Of a stretch of DNA of 64,000 nt, positions 1-16,010 are shown in pieces. Origin of the DNA: Chrysomallon squamiferum. Its lineage: Eukaryota > Animalia > Mollusca. The DNA lies in assembly GCA_012295275.1 (NCBI GenBank), contig CM022671.1, positions 31,372,001-31,436,000 of the forward strand, read 5' to 3'. The notes beneath the pieces are model-generated. The model was not told where the DNA came from. It saw nothing but the letters and a program-made list of their open reading frames with translations, and ran no database searches. A program made the position numbers and the translations under genes. Numbering within the stretch: position 1 is the first letter of the stretch; each line of letters starts with the position of its first letter.

Positions 1-47
1 TGTATTCTATGTCGAATGAACTCATCCATGTTAGCTTTTGCCCTTCT

Positions 48-87
<40 letters not shown>

Positions 88-417
88 TTTGTTTGTTTTG
101 AGAAAACAGTGCCGATTGGTCAAGATGTATCCAATGAAATAGCGCGGTTTATTTTATTTTTATTATTGTTATTATTCTAGCCACTGATTCAGCAATGATT
201 ATTCTCTGTAGAAGTTACGTCAGTATGACGTCATGCAAAATATTAGAAATGACGTAGATGAAAGAAGAATTATGGAGTACCTGCATAATAAGGATAATGT
301 ATATGATTAGTTTGTTTTGGTATTTTTTGTTTACTTACTTACGTTTAAAAACAATTTGTTTTAGAGATCGAGGACGTAAATAAAAGAAATAGCTTTTGCA
401 GAATAGAGATCTTCTAA

Positions 418-986
418 ATGTCAGTTAACCAAAAATATACGAAGAAAAATAATAAGGAAATTTGTAATAGCGATTTTGGTATTCTCTGTTATCGGTGCCT
501 TCGGAGAGAATTTCAGAAGAAAAATTTTGGTTTACAACATGATGTTCCGGAACTGTTTGTACAATTACAGGTCAGTTACTGACTGTCAAGCAAAATAATT
601 TTGTTTCTGATGTTGTTTCTACGAAATTTTCAACAAACTACTTCTGCTACAACTATTTACAGGGACATATCTCAGATATGGCCGATGTGGTACATGCTTT
701 CTATTAAAATCATACAACCAACCCTCGGAAAGTTTTTTTTTATTATTTATTTATTTATTATTTATTTATTTATTTATTTTTATTTATTTATTTATTTATT
801 TATTTTTTTTATTTATTTATTTATTTATTTATTTTTATTTTATTATTATTATTAATTTTTTTTTGATCGATATATGATCTAGTTTCTTATTATCACGGGT
901 GCGAAGCACTATGTTGCTAGATTAGCTCGTTAAGCCGTTTATATTTTTTTAGCTGATATTATTATTATTGCTGCTGCTGCAACCAT

Positions 987-1065
<79 letters not shown>

Positions 1066-1255
1066 TTAATTAATTAATATGACATGTCAAATGTATTATT
1101 GTTCCCGTCTTTGTCTTCATTTTGTTGGTGAAGTTTTCCTTCTTATTATCATTGGTATCCATATTATTATTATTATTATCATTTACATCGTCATTATTAT
1201 CATCATGATTATCATCATCATCATGATTATCGCTGTTGCTGTTGTCATCATCGTC

Positions 1256-1298
<43 letters not shown>

Positions 1299-1950
1299 CA
1301 GTTTGGTGGTGAAAACAAAGACATGTATTTCATAATTTGGAGTGGTATCAGTTCCTTCGTTTCATTAAGCTTGGTGTTTACTTCCATGCTACTCCACAGT
1401 TATTACGACAGGTCAAGGAAGATGATGATGTATCTCACGGTCTGGAGTCTTCTCTTGTTGCCATTGACCTGTCTCATCAACTTAGCTAATTCACTTTACG
1501 TCCGAAAACGACGAAGCGACATAATAAATGGTAAGGTGAATTACTGGTGAATAACAAGGGGAGTTATAAGGTGAATAATAGATGACTTATAGTTTAATAT
1601 CAACGAATTTAGTAGTAATAAAACTTCATATATTAGTCAGACTTAAAATAACGAATTCTGCATAACGAACTTCCAGCCTTGTTAGATGGTGATAAACGTA
1701 AATCTACTGGCATAAAATAATCATTAAAAAAGTTTCGCACAGAAACAAACATGATGAAAGCAGTGAAGGTTGCCAACGCGCATGCTTTCACCCTCACTTA
1801 AACTTGCACACAATTAAACATATACACGCACCATACACACAAAGACAAATACGGAGTAAAGTTGTGCTGTCATCAAAAATTGACAGAGATTTCAGAAATA
1901 TCAGGTGTACCGTCAGTTAGCAAATCTGAGATGGACGAAACAAACAAACA

Positions 1951-2014
<64 letters not shown>

Positions 2015-2018
2015 GTAA

Positions 2019-2049
<31 letters not shown>

Positions 2050-3032
2050 ATAGAAATTACAATTTTGTGCAAGCTAGAGAATGTATTAGGCAGAATTCGA
2101 AAAATGTTGTTCATGACCATTGCCTATTACTTTTCAGGAACATGCAAGATGATGCCTTGGTTCCTGAAAGTGGGTTGGGTCACGCACAATGTTGCTCATG
2201 TTTCGGCTTTTTTTGTCTCCGTAATGTTCTGGCAAATGGTGTATAAAGGTAAGAACAATGTTTTTGTCAAAATAGTTGCATCAAAAGATTGATTTTTTTT
2301 TTTTTTTTTTTTTGGTCAGTTCAGAAGAAGAGCCCACGACGGTTTTATTCTGGTTTCAAAACTTACCAACTGACGCTAAGAACGAATGGTCTAAATAATT
2401 CTTTACAGTTTCAAGTTATTATTTTATTGTTGAGTGCAACGTAATAGTTAATAATAACGTTGTGTCTGTAAGAAAATGGCGGTGCCCATATAATAAATGA
2501 ACAAACAAAACATAACTCGGAAGTATGCAACATATGTTCAGATACTTCTGAACCAAAGATACACTAAGGTAAAATTGATATTCCAAAGAATTTATATATA
2601 TATTTATTTATTTATTTATTTACTGGTCTTCTTCCTTTCTTTTCAGGCGATAATGTTTTCACAAAGTCCAGAATATACACATTCCTGTATCATGGTTGTA
2701 ACATAGTCTTCGCTATGATAAATCTTGTTGTATCCCGTATCCCGACGAGACTGTTACACTTCTACCAGCCAATTATCTTCTGTTTTATATATACATCAAT
2801 CAATGCGGTTTACTATGAGATTACTTCCGTTACCGTTTATTCCCTTCTTGATTGGACGACACTTAAAAAAACGTCAATTTTGTTTTTGTATTCAATTATT
2901 GTACTTATTTGTTTACATGTTATCATTTACGTCATCGCCTCTTTAAGAGACTACTTATTTAGTCTCTGCGGTTCAGATTACAACGAAGTGCACCCTCTGT
3001 CGGTGACAGGCGAAAGCAGCCACTTATGGTGA
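418..3032 (+). CDS. Rolling stone (Rost)-like multi-pass membrane protein, paralog 1; 4 coding exons 418-570, 1302-1530, 2138-2248, 2647-3032 (~292 aa)
   Basis: ATG at 418 directly after an in-frame TAA. GT-AG junctions in phases 0,1,1; 879 nt total. Motifs REFQKKNFGLQHDVPELFVQLQ|FGG, YLTVWS, PWFLKVGW..HN, YHGCN..INLVVSRIPTRLLHFYQP, VYSLLDW resemble recalled Rost-family motifs and match the two neighbouring paralogs. Confidence 0.85.
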
Positions 3033-3515
3033 CAGACATCGATGTATGAAAATACTCTACTTGACTTTCTGCTAGCTTTAGAAAAAAAAAAAAAAAGTAA
3101 TAATAATAATATTTATTTATTTATGTTTTGTTGTTTTTATATTTGAAAGAATGTTTCTTTATTATGGTTTTTAATTTAATTTAATTTTTATTCATTCACT
3201 TACTTTGAAATGAATGAGAACTGAATTTGAGTTACAGTTATAAGATTTCAACAAATCAGGGGTTCTTTCGACTGAACATTCGTAGAAACAACTAATTGTA
3301 ATAAATGATCAACAGTCTTATCATGCTAAAAATTAAGAATGTTCTATGAAACAATCTTATAACAACTATAAATCCGTCACTCGTTTCGATCATGTTTATA
3401 TGTACGGAAAAAAATTTTTTTTGTCAGAAGTTAAAAAAATCCTTAGTAACCAATGATAGCTATCTTTCTTAGTACAAATGTTTTGAAGATTACAGTAAAT
3501 AAAAATTTATTTATT

Positions 3516-3563
<48 letters not shown>

Positions 3564-5748
3564 TCCTTAATTTCCTTCTGTGACGAAAGAAAACCGCAGT
3601 TTAATAATCGTTGTTTTAAATTTACATTTGCAATGGTAGACATACTAGCATTTAATGTTGTAGTTCTTCAAACGATAATTTACAACAACATTAAGCTGAA
3701 GCTCGTTCGTTAAATAAGTTGTTGGGGTCATAGGTCAAACATTACAATCTTCGTTATATCGATTTAAAGCAGTATATAGGTAGGTCACTGTCATTTTGTA
3801 GAACCACCGTCTGCAGGTCGTAAATTCGTAAAGGTTTATGAAACCTAGCTGATTGCTAAGCCACTCTTTAATCTGAATTTACTGTTGAACTGCTGGTATG
3901 AAGCAAGTTTTTAACTGACTTACAATATCTCGAGTTGATAAAATGTATCCTTAACCCATGTGGCCAATGAAAAAATCTGTTTCGTCCAGTGTTTAGTGAA
4001 TATAGCAGATTTATCTAATAAATAAAACAAACCATTCCATGAATTTAGTGCAAACGTCTATTTCATTAACTAAATGATAATAGTTTACAACCTATAGTTA
4101 ACTGATAACAATATCATCCATTCGTTCAATCATTAGTTAATATTATAATATGTAAAAAAAAACGGATAATACTGAACTCTGTCTAGTAAATATATAAGTG
4201 TAAACTGAATTTTCTTTATTATTATTATTATTATTATTATTTTATTATGAAATAAGTAAGTTAAGAATTCTCCTCTGAAGAAAGACGTGAACAATCGAAT
4301 GTACAAATAAGTAAATGAAAAACAAAATAATAAAAATAATAGCGATGATGATCATGATGATTACAATAATAATTATAATAATGATAATGATAAAAATATT
4401 AAAATTAATTAATTAAAATCAGTAATATATATAAATCTGTGAAACAAAGAAACCAATAAAAAAATGAATAAATAAATCAAGTGGACATCATTAACAACAA
4501 CAACAACAATTTAAAATAAATATATAAAGAAAGAAAGAAAGAAATAATGAAAGAAATACACGAAGAAATAAATAAAAATAATGTAAACGTATATATAAAT
4601 ATAAAAAATCAAATTAAATAAATAAACATACAAACAAACAAAGGAACGAACAAATGAACGAACGAACAAACTAACGAACAAACTCAGCCTAGGTGATAGT
4701 CAAATGACAGAAAAGCCAGCACATAAAAGATTTATGATGATACTGAGTTTCGAAATACTCTATTTTTATTAATGCCTAAAAATTGCTTTACATCGAAACT
4801 AGGTTTATTCCATGCGTTTAATGCTGAATTAATATCGAAACATTAACAACCAGTTAGAACAAGGAATATAGACGTGCAACAGGTGTTATCTGGATAATCA
4901 GAGAACTGTTTTCATTGATATTAATCACGCAGGAATGAAGTTTGTTTATTTTACTTTTATCATTAATCAGGCAAACACATAAATGAGAGAACCAACCCAC
5001 CCACCGCCAGAAAAAAAAAAAAAAAATAAATAAAAATAATAATAATAATTTTTGGATTGGATTTGCTTTTGCTAAGACTAGAGACAGTACAATGGCATGG
5101 ATGTCCAAAGACGTCAGTAAGAGTAGAGAGGTAATGGGTGTGGCGTTAGACTTTGTGTTGCGGGCTTTCAGGGTACTGCAGGCCGTTTGGAAAGTCGCCA
5201 GGGTGGTTGTGGAAACCCTGTTTACTGTATCACACCCATCTACTGATGGCACCAACGGTTTGTACACTAATTACTTCTTGTTTTCAGTTTCAGAAAGTGC
5301 AGGACCAACTTTATATTGAAGAGTACCTCATACATATAACACTAAACAGAATGTTAAAATAATGTAGCGTAACACTACACTGCAGAGGTTAGCTTAGCAC
5401 GAGCATAATGCAGAATCACTTAAAGTTATTTCGTATAATTATTAGGATACAGAAGTGAATAAATATTACAAGATTAAATAATTAATTATTCGGCCAAGTG
5501 ATTGAAACAGGGATGGTTACCGTAAGACAGAGAGAAATACCAAAATAATCATAATAAAAATAATAATAGGAACAAAAATAATGTTTACTATATTACTACT
5601 ATCGCCTTACTACTACTACTACTACTACTACTAGTATTACTACTACTGTTAATACTACTAGTATTACTACTATTGTTAATACTACTAGTATTACTACTAC
5701 TGTTAATAATGTTATATTTGTATTAAAAACTGATACAATCCAGATTCG

Positions 5749-7524
<1,776 letters not shown>

Positions 7525-8654
7525 CTGTGGAGTTGAAGTTCTGGAAAGGATCTGTGTTAGCACTGGTTCAGTAGCAACAGTCAATTTTTTTTAATAAATA
7601 TTAAATAAATAAATAAATTAAGTAAAATAAATTGAAAGTGACCTGTTATAACTCTAAGAAAAATACGCTAGGCTACTTTTCTGGGATTTAGAAAAAGAAA
7701 AAAAAAGAAAAGAAAAACAAAGTTTCATGAGATGACGTCTGATTTCATTTTTGACAAGGCAATTACCTCTTTGTTCCTTTATAAATCTGGAATAGTTTCA
7801 GTTTGAGGCAGCGACCGATTCACCTACTTGCCTTAAGGCACCTCTTGAAACACCAAAGTTAACTCTTAGGTATATTTCACTGCCGTATATTTTATTACTG
7901 TTTGAAGAGACGCTGGTGACAATTAATTTAGGAGCGGGTTCAACGAGGTCTTGTATAAATTATCATATCTCCATTCGCGTAATTTGTTCCTTACTCTTTA
8001 TTCTCTGTACTTTCCAGAAACTGTTCACTATGTTAGCATAATTTCTTTTAAATTTATATTTAAAAAATACAACTAAAACAACAACAACAACAAATGCAGC
8101 TCTACTAAAACGAGTCGAAACAGTATTTTAATGGAAATAGCAGTAACATAAATTATTACAAGTTCAGATTAGATGTAAGACTTTGTCGAGGCGTCATATT
8201 GCTATTTCGCAGTTTAAAGTGTGCAAGTGCCGTACGAATGAATTGTCTGATTAAATTCTTTATACTTCAAAGTTATTATTATTATTTGTTTTGTTTTGGG
8301 CGACCCATGATCGATCTTAAAATATGTTGCAAAACATTTGATTCATGTCGTGATTCATCGAATGCAGAGTAATACTATCAGTGATGACCGTATTTTCTTT
8401 CTTTCTTTATTTATTTTTCATTCTTGTCCACTTCTCATCACTAGAAGAAATTTGACAGAAAATCGGCCAGTCCTCTCTCTTCGATGACGTCACGAATGCT
8501 GATCATTATTGTTAACTACATACATATGCATGATCTTTTGTAGTTTTATTTCATTAAGAATTGACGAAAACGAAACAAAATAACAACAAAGAAACAACAA
8601 CAAAAAAACACAATAAAAAACAACAAAAAAACACAATAAAAAACAACAAAACAA

Positions 8655-8770
8655 CAACCAAAAAAAAATGCCCACAAAAAACAACAATAAAAAAACAACT
8701 AAAAAATGCCCACAAACAAACAACAACAATAAAAAAACAACTAAAAAATGCCCACAAACAAACAAACAAT
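8655..8770. repeat. A/C-rich minisatellite, ~3 units of ~39-43 bp
   Basis: aaaaaatgcccacaaa...acaacaataaaaaaacaact repeated. Confidence 0.75.
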
Positions 8771-9055
8771 AACAACAGCAAAATAATAGTAATAAATAAA
8801 ATAAAATAATAAAAAACAAAATTAAAATTTAGAATTATTTAGAATATATTTACACTGTTTCTTTGTATCATGAAAGGATACTTTAATGTCTGTTAACAAG
8901 TAAAATGACGTACTGTTACAGTCAAAATATACTTACAATAAAAAGAAACAGAAGAAATAGCTGTGGTAATAGCAATTGCAGCAGTAGTAGATGTAGCAAT
9001 AATAAAAATACTATTGAAAGTAGAGATTTTCATGAATTCGTTTAAGGGCGTAAAG

Positions 9056-9089
<34 letters not shown>

Positions 9090-9320
9090 CATTTCATAAC
9101 TATCAATAAAAATGTAATGTGTAATCCTCATCCATAAACGTAATCCCTTAATTTATTTTGATGGGTATACGTAGCCGTCTGCCAGCTCTCTTGACGTGTA
9201 ACTATGTACCCACAGTATAGCTGGTAATTTCTGTTTTCTTTTGCTTCCTTTGTTGACTGTGTCGCGTATGTTGGGAATCTATTTTAACAGCCATAAGTAA
9301 CACGAATTCTTACGCACATC

Positions 9321-10039
9321 ATGAGTTCAGGATCGTCACATGAGTCCACTGCGTCTTGCTGTAGGAAGAGCTATTTTCGACGACATTTATCGGCTGCAAA
9401 TTTCTTTCTAGAATATGATCATCCAGTGGATTTTGTTCAGTTCCAGGTAACTGAATACTCAGGCCATAAAGTATATTTTCTCCGAAAACATGTTATGAGT
9501 ATTGGCTTAATCAAAAAGTCGGGAACATATAGTTTCAAACACGGTGTTGCCTTAAATTTCAGTGCTTTTATTCAGGCCTTATATTTAAAATTAAAAGTAT
9601 ATTTTCTCGGAAAACCGATTATGAGTTTAGACTGTAAATCGTTAACCACATTTCTATTATTAGAAATTATACATACGATTTTTACTTCCTTACTCTGTTA
9701 ATTGATGTAAAATTTAATTACGAAATTCAATGACTTAAGCAGATTTTTGTTGTTGTTGTCGTTGTCATTGTTATTTTGTTTTGCTGAGGTATTTTTGTAT
9801 GTTTGTTTGCATACTTGTTTTTTAATTTTATTTTATTTTTTCTGTTTTTTTTTTTATTTTATTTTATTTATTGTCTCCCCATTCATCACCCCTTTCTGTT
9901 AAGAACTGTACATTTTTTCTAAAATCACTCGTATATATATTAGATCCAAGAAATTTTATTTTATTTTAATAAAATGAATTTTGAAAAAAAAAAAAATTTA
10001 TTACAAAATAAAAAAAAAATTAAAAAATTAAATATATAG

Positions 10040-10073
<34 letters not shown>

Positions 10074-11007
10074 ATAATAATAATAAAACTAAATCATTTA
10101 TCATCTCAAAACCAAAAAAACTAAAAATAAATAAAAATACATAAAAGAGATGAAGTAACTCCGTTACGTAGTAAACTGGATTAATAATAATAATAATAAT
10201 AATAAAGAATTAAAAAAATAGAAATCTTCGCATTACGTCACTTATTAGATTAGGATCGAAGCAAACGATTAATGGTGTCTAGACCAGTATATCCCCAAAC
10301 TTTGAAAGTCTCTGCATCCTTGATTCCATAACGTTTCCTCCATATAGAATAACTGGTCCCAAGGGGGTGCTATTAACCCTTAATTTAAAGTACGAATAGA
10401 GGGGGAGAGGATGTCCATTCTTACCGAACTCTGAGCAGTGACGAATTTTTAAAATGTAAAATTTGAATATACAATAATAATAATAATTATATTTAATGAC
10501 AATAATAACAACAAAAATAATAACAATACATACATACATACATACATATATATACATACATGCATACATACATAATGAAATAATGAAAACAAACAAATAA
10601 ATCATCATCATCATCATCATCGTCATCATTAATGAAATGATATATATCAGATGATATAGTGGATGATGTACGTGTTTAACTTGTCCGTCTTCGCCACTCA
10701 CATACAGCGCTTTATGTTTGTTACCAGTTATCTTATTCCCAGGTACAAAACCGTGGATGCGCACGCAGTCTTGTATTACAGAGTCTAATATGCATAATTC
10801 AGTTTAAGTACACTGTCGGTTGATGTTTCAGTAGCACATCGGAAAAAAAAAAAAATGGTTTGCAAACATTCAGAAGTGACGTTAACTCATCAATAAAAAG
10901 TATCGATAATTATTCGACTTCCGACTTTTATTTATCAATAATTATCGACTGCGACCCCTATTTCTACTACACCCGTAAAATTATTTTATTTTTTTATTTA
11001 TTTATTT

Positions 11008-11077
<70 letters not shown>

Positions 11078-11431
11078 CTATAATAATAACAGTGATGATG
11101 TTTTTCTAAGAATAATAATAATAATAATTAAAAAAAATGATTTTCTGTTAAATTTCAGTTTGGTGGAAAAAAGGCATATCTCATATGGCGCTGTTGTTGG
11201 GCGATTTACCATTTTTGTTTCCTTTTAATAAATGAATTCCTAAATTGGGAAGAAAGAGGATTCGGTAAATGGTTCATTTACCTTACGAACTTGTCTTATG
11301 TGGTTATCACATTGACTACTATTCTGGAGTTTATCGCAGTTATATATGTACACAAATACGACTTAGACATCCTGCATGGTAACTTCTGAGTTTTAATATA
11401 CTTAATATTATTATGGTTCTGTGTATGTGTG

Positions 11432-11484
<53 letters not shown>

Positions 11485-11817
11485 ATGCATGTATGTTTAT
11501 ATGTATCCATATCTGTATATGCTAACAAAACAAATAAATTAATAAATAATAACAATAACAGTTATAATAACAACAACAACAACAACAACAATATTTGTTT
11601 ATTTTTGCTATTTACTTATTATTATTATTATTTATATTATTATTATTATTATTATTATTACTGTTATTGTTTATTATAACAGATATCCGTAGGACAAGTC
11701 CAACGTACTGGAAAGTGATATGGGTTGTGTTTAACATCGGTAACTGCGCCTCGATTGTCGTATCTGTTTTATATTGGGGAATGCTGTATAGACGTAAGCA
11801 TTTATATAGCTAACGGT

Positions 11818-11910
<93 letters not shown>

Positions 11911-12284
11911 TAAATGGTTCCTGTCTTGAGATACAGGCTTTCTGCTGCGAAGGTAAGAATGGCGTAATTCAGCGAGGCTCTCCCAAGCTGTATCGGGCCA
12001 TTCAGACCGAATAGGTGAAAGCTGATATTTTAAGACAATAATCAGTTATTTACTAAATAACAAGTAATTTATCGAAGTAAACAGAGTTATGGTCCAATAA
12101 GATATAATTTTATCTAGTCCTCATTTCTTTCGACAACGCATGATGTTTTCAAGTCAAATATGCTAACATATGGATGGGCACACAAACATTTGTATATACA
12201 CATAGATGCAATATTAATAATCACAAATTGTGGATTCTGCCGATATAAACTCGGTAATTTAAGGAAAGGTGATATTATTATTAC

Positions 12285-12328
<44 letters not shown>

Positions 12329-12356
12329 GCGCCACCATCACCTCTACTAGTATTAT

Positions 12357-12397
<41 letters not shown>

Positions 12398-12855
12398 TTA
12401 CTACTACTACTACTACTACTAGTACTACTACTACTATTACTATTACTACTGCTACTTTTGATTTAATTATTTATTTCTAATTTTTCGTCACAGCTGAATA
12501 TCCAGTCACTTCAGTAGACATTGGCTTACACATCATGAACAGTGTTTACGTCATCTTGAACGTCAGCGTAGCAGCATTTCCGGTCAGGTTATTCCACTAT
12601 TACCAACCTTTCATTTACGGCACACTGTATGTTACTTTCACATTTTTGTATTACAAAGCTGGAGGAACTAACCCTGATGGACAGCCATTCGTTTATTATA
12701 TGTTAGATTGGAGGAAACCAGAGAGCACTTCAGTCTTCGTAGTTTTAACTTTGTATGGATGTATTCCACTGGTTCAAATCTTTCTGTTTTCCGTGTACTT
12801 GGCGAGAGTCGCTATCTTCAAAAAAGCAAAAACATCGGATGAAGAAAGCATCTGA
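9321..12855 (+). CDS. Rolling stone-like protein, paralog 3; exons 9321-9446, 11159-11378, 11683-11793, 12494-12855 (~272 aa)
   Basis: Same exon structure; 819 nt. Motifs NFFLEYDHPVDFVQFQ|FGG, KWFIYLTNLS, YWKVIWVVFNI, LHIMNSVYVILNVSVAAFPVRLFHYYQP, AGGTNPDGQPFVYYMLDWRKP (most canonical of the three). Confidence 0.88.
11821..11904. repeat. (AG)n microsatellite in rost paralog 3 intron 3
   Basis: Perfect dinucleotide run. Confidence 0.97.
12274..12452. repeat. Compound (ATT)n/(ACT)n microsatellite
   Basis: Trinucleotide runs; many similar AAT/ACT tracts occur across the window (e.g. 985-1065, 1951-2050, 63600-63690). Confidence 0.95.
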
Positions 12856-12880
12856 ACCATAATAGGGAACTGTTATAATA

Positions 12881-12925
<45 letters not shown>

Positions 12926-13737
12926 TTGGATTTGAAAATCGAACAGCGCGAGCGAATTTCGAAACAAAATTAAATAAATATATAAACTGAATCAAAAATA
13001 AAACTGAAAAGACACTTTTAGAGAAACGAAAAGAATAAATTCCCTATGAAATTCACAGCAGAAACATTCCGTAGAGACGTTTAAATAGAAAAAAAACACA
13101 CAAAAAAACGTAATAATATTTTCATCAATTATATTATGATAAAAAAAAAAGTTTCAATTTAAAATGTAGCTGTCGCAGTAGAAATAAATGATCTTTAAGA
13201 ATTCTTTATGCTTTCAAATTAACATTTTATAACTTTGGTCGAACTGTCATCACTAATAACAAAGAGTAAAAATAAAATAAAATTTGAACGCCGCCATTTT
13301 ATTCCTACATAACTATGTCGTGACGTCATCAAGTACATGCCGGACTGTTGGCTTGGTCCCCTTGGGTCCAACCTCGGAAATAGCAAGAGAAACGGTTCAA
13401 CGGTCTTGCATACAGATAATAATAAGAACATATTTTAAAAAGAGGATGTTGTGCACCAAAAGTTAACAATAATTTAAAAGCTGAAGTAAAATATGGCAAT
13501 GACTCAAACTATGGATATAAAAAGTGGTCTGGATTTTCTAAAAGAAAGAGAGCACCATACAAAAAAACAACAACAACATTTTCGACTTTTTAAAAGAATC
13601 ATTAATTCAAGACATTGGTTCTTCAAAAGCTGACCACCAATGGCGTCCAGTTCATTAACTATACAGGTAATGAGGTAAGGTTTACAAAACAGATAAATAG
13701 CTGTGTTTCGAGCATTTGGGAATTCGACCAAATCGGA

Positions 13738-13740
<3 letters not shown>

Positions 13741-13827
<87 letters not shown>
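13741..13827. repeat. (CT)n microsatellite
   Basis: Perfect dinucleotide run. Confidence 0.98.
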
Positions 13828-13831
<4 letters not shown>

Positions 13832-14010
13832 ATGGATTTGAAGGGAATCTATTTCTATATATATATTTATTAATTTTAATTAACTGCTGAATTATTACCA
13901 AAGACAGGAACGCACACTACCATATTTGATATACAGGCTTTGACAAGATAGGAAAATTTCTGAAATAGCCCTGTTTGGAAAAAATATAATATCTGAATAT
14001 GTTGGGGTGT

Positions 14011-14133
<123 letters not shown>

Positions 14134-15436
14134 CCTATCTAAAGACATTTTTCGCTAACAATCAAATACTAAATGCATAAACAACGGGTTTGGTATTAAT
14201 GTAATATAAAATATTAAACAGCTATCAAAGGCTTCTCAGGAATAACATCAACAAATCGATTTTCGATACTGACATTTTGTCGTAATTAATCTCGTTCTAC
14301 AAAAGGACAATGAACCGTTTTGTAACAAATAGCTTAATCCAGCACATTGCGTCCACGTTAATACTTTCATTAATATTTTTTTCTTTCTCACTACCTAGGC
14401 CAACTTTGCCTGTGTACAAAGTAAAAAGTATAAATAGTTTGGCTCGCCTGCCCTTTGGAGCACTGACCTATACAAATAAACAGAAGCGTCGACTTAAGAT
14501 TTTATAATGTGTGCAAAGTAATTGATTGCACCTTTACATAACGTAAATAGTATTCGCTTATTCGACACCGAACTAGAAGAGTATAAGATATAACAGTTTT
14601 TATATATGACATATATATATAAATATAATAAAAATAATAATAATTAAAAAAAAAAGATTAATAAAAACTGGACATTCGCCTTCCTGAACAGCTCCACAAG
14701 CCGGTTGAAAGGAACTTCTAATTAGATTAAGTTCGAGGTGTTCAGCTAGTTTTGTTATAAACTTATTGATGTAACTAGTTTCGGATTCGATTTCCAGTTT
14801 TGTAAAACTAAGATGTTTCATACGTGTTGTGCCGGTGGATTATTTTCGTATTTCCGTTTTGATAAAAAATACATTTGACTGAATATAGCAACCTGCATTT
14901 TATCCTTGTTATGCAGCTACATGTATCGAGTGGAATTATTTTGGAAAACTGATTTAAATGTGAACATTTCGAATCTTGATTGAATTATTACACTGAAAGG
15001 ATAAAGAAGTAGAAACACCTATGTGGATATATGAATTTTTTATTTATTTTCTTCTACGAAACTACATTCTTATCTGGAAATGAAATTCTTAGGCCAACTT
15101 CGTCAAGATACTTTTTAAAAAAATCAGGATAGACAATAATCAGTGGAATAAAATCAAAGTATTTTAGGCCTGCATTCTTAACAGCTGTGATGATGACAAC
15201 AATGACAACAACAACAAAACGTTCTAAGTACAACAAAATGGGGTTGTTTTGCAAATGAAAATGTTTAAAACAAAACACAAATGCAGCCTTTATTTTATCT
15301 TGGCATTTAAATTTAAAAATCTAAATTAGATTGTTCTAAAAAGTGACGAATTGTAATTTTAAAAGTCTGGATATTCTTGACATTATCATCTGTCAAACTA
15401 ATCAAAAATCATTTCACAGTATATTTTGTTCCTAAA

Positions 15437-15467
<31 letters not shown>

Positions 15468-15585
15468 GTAAATTGTTTTCGGACAACTAAGATACAAATG
15501 TAGACGACTATTTTTGTTACAATTTATCAGTTCCCAAATGGATATAAAAGGCCGGAAATGGGATTTCAAATTAATTTAAAAAATC

Positions 15586-15957
15586 ATGAAACCAGAATGG
15601 GGAAAACAGCCGGGTCTAACCCCATTTTTTCCACGATTCCGGACGTCGCAAAAGAAAAAGAAACGAGCAATGCGCTTGCCTGTTACACAGTGCACAGAAC
15701 TAGTGGTGGAAAACAACAGACGACAAACCCAGAAATCAATTTCACAGTCGTCTGCCTATCTTCGAAAACTACAGGCGCAACGGTATCGCGATGAAGAAAT
15801 TCGTATTAAAAAACCAAATGCTGCAAAATCTCAGTCCAGGTGAATAATAATGAATATTATTTATTGAATGAATGTAAACATTTAAAATAATAGGGCTAGT
15901 TACAGTTCCAGAGAGCGGACTACTATTGTTTTATGTAAGACCGTTTGCTCGTAATTT

Positions 15958-16010
<53 letters not shown>

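Noticed and set aside
601-1387. Poly-I/L/N/Y and IYLF-type ORFs here and throughout the window (also ERERER, SLSLSL, THTHTH)
   Set aside because: Translations of AAT, ATTT, GA and CA microsatellites in introns or intergenic DNA, not genes.
4854-5362. Overlapping ORFs between rost paralogs 1 and 2
   Set aside because: No recognisable motif or splice-consistent model; more likely promoter or 5' UTR of paralog 2, or a repeat fragment.
8490-8819. Repeated units resembling an array (CRISPR-like or a repeat protein)
   Set aside because: Low-complexity A/C minisatellite with no unique spacers, in a eukaryotic context.
11912-12030. GC-richer structured segment after a (GA)n tract, considered as an HDV-like ribozyme, tRNA or SINE
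   Set aside because: Only small hairpins; I could not build the double pseudoknot, a cloverleaf or A/B boxes.
14600-14821. 73-aa minus-strand ORF
   Set aside because: Short, runs into AT-rich sequence, no recognised homology or partner exons.
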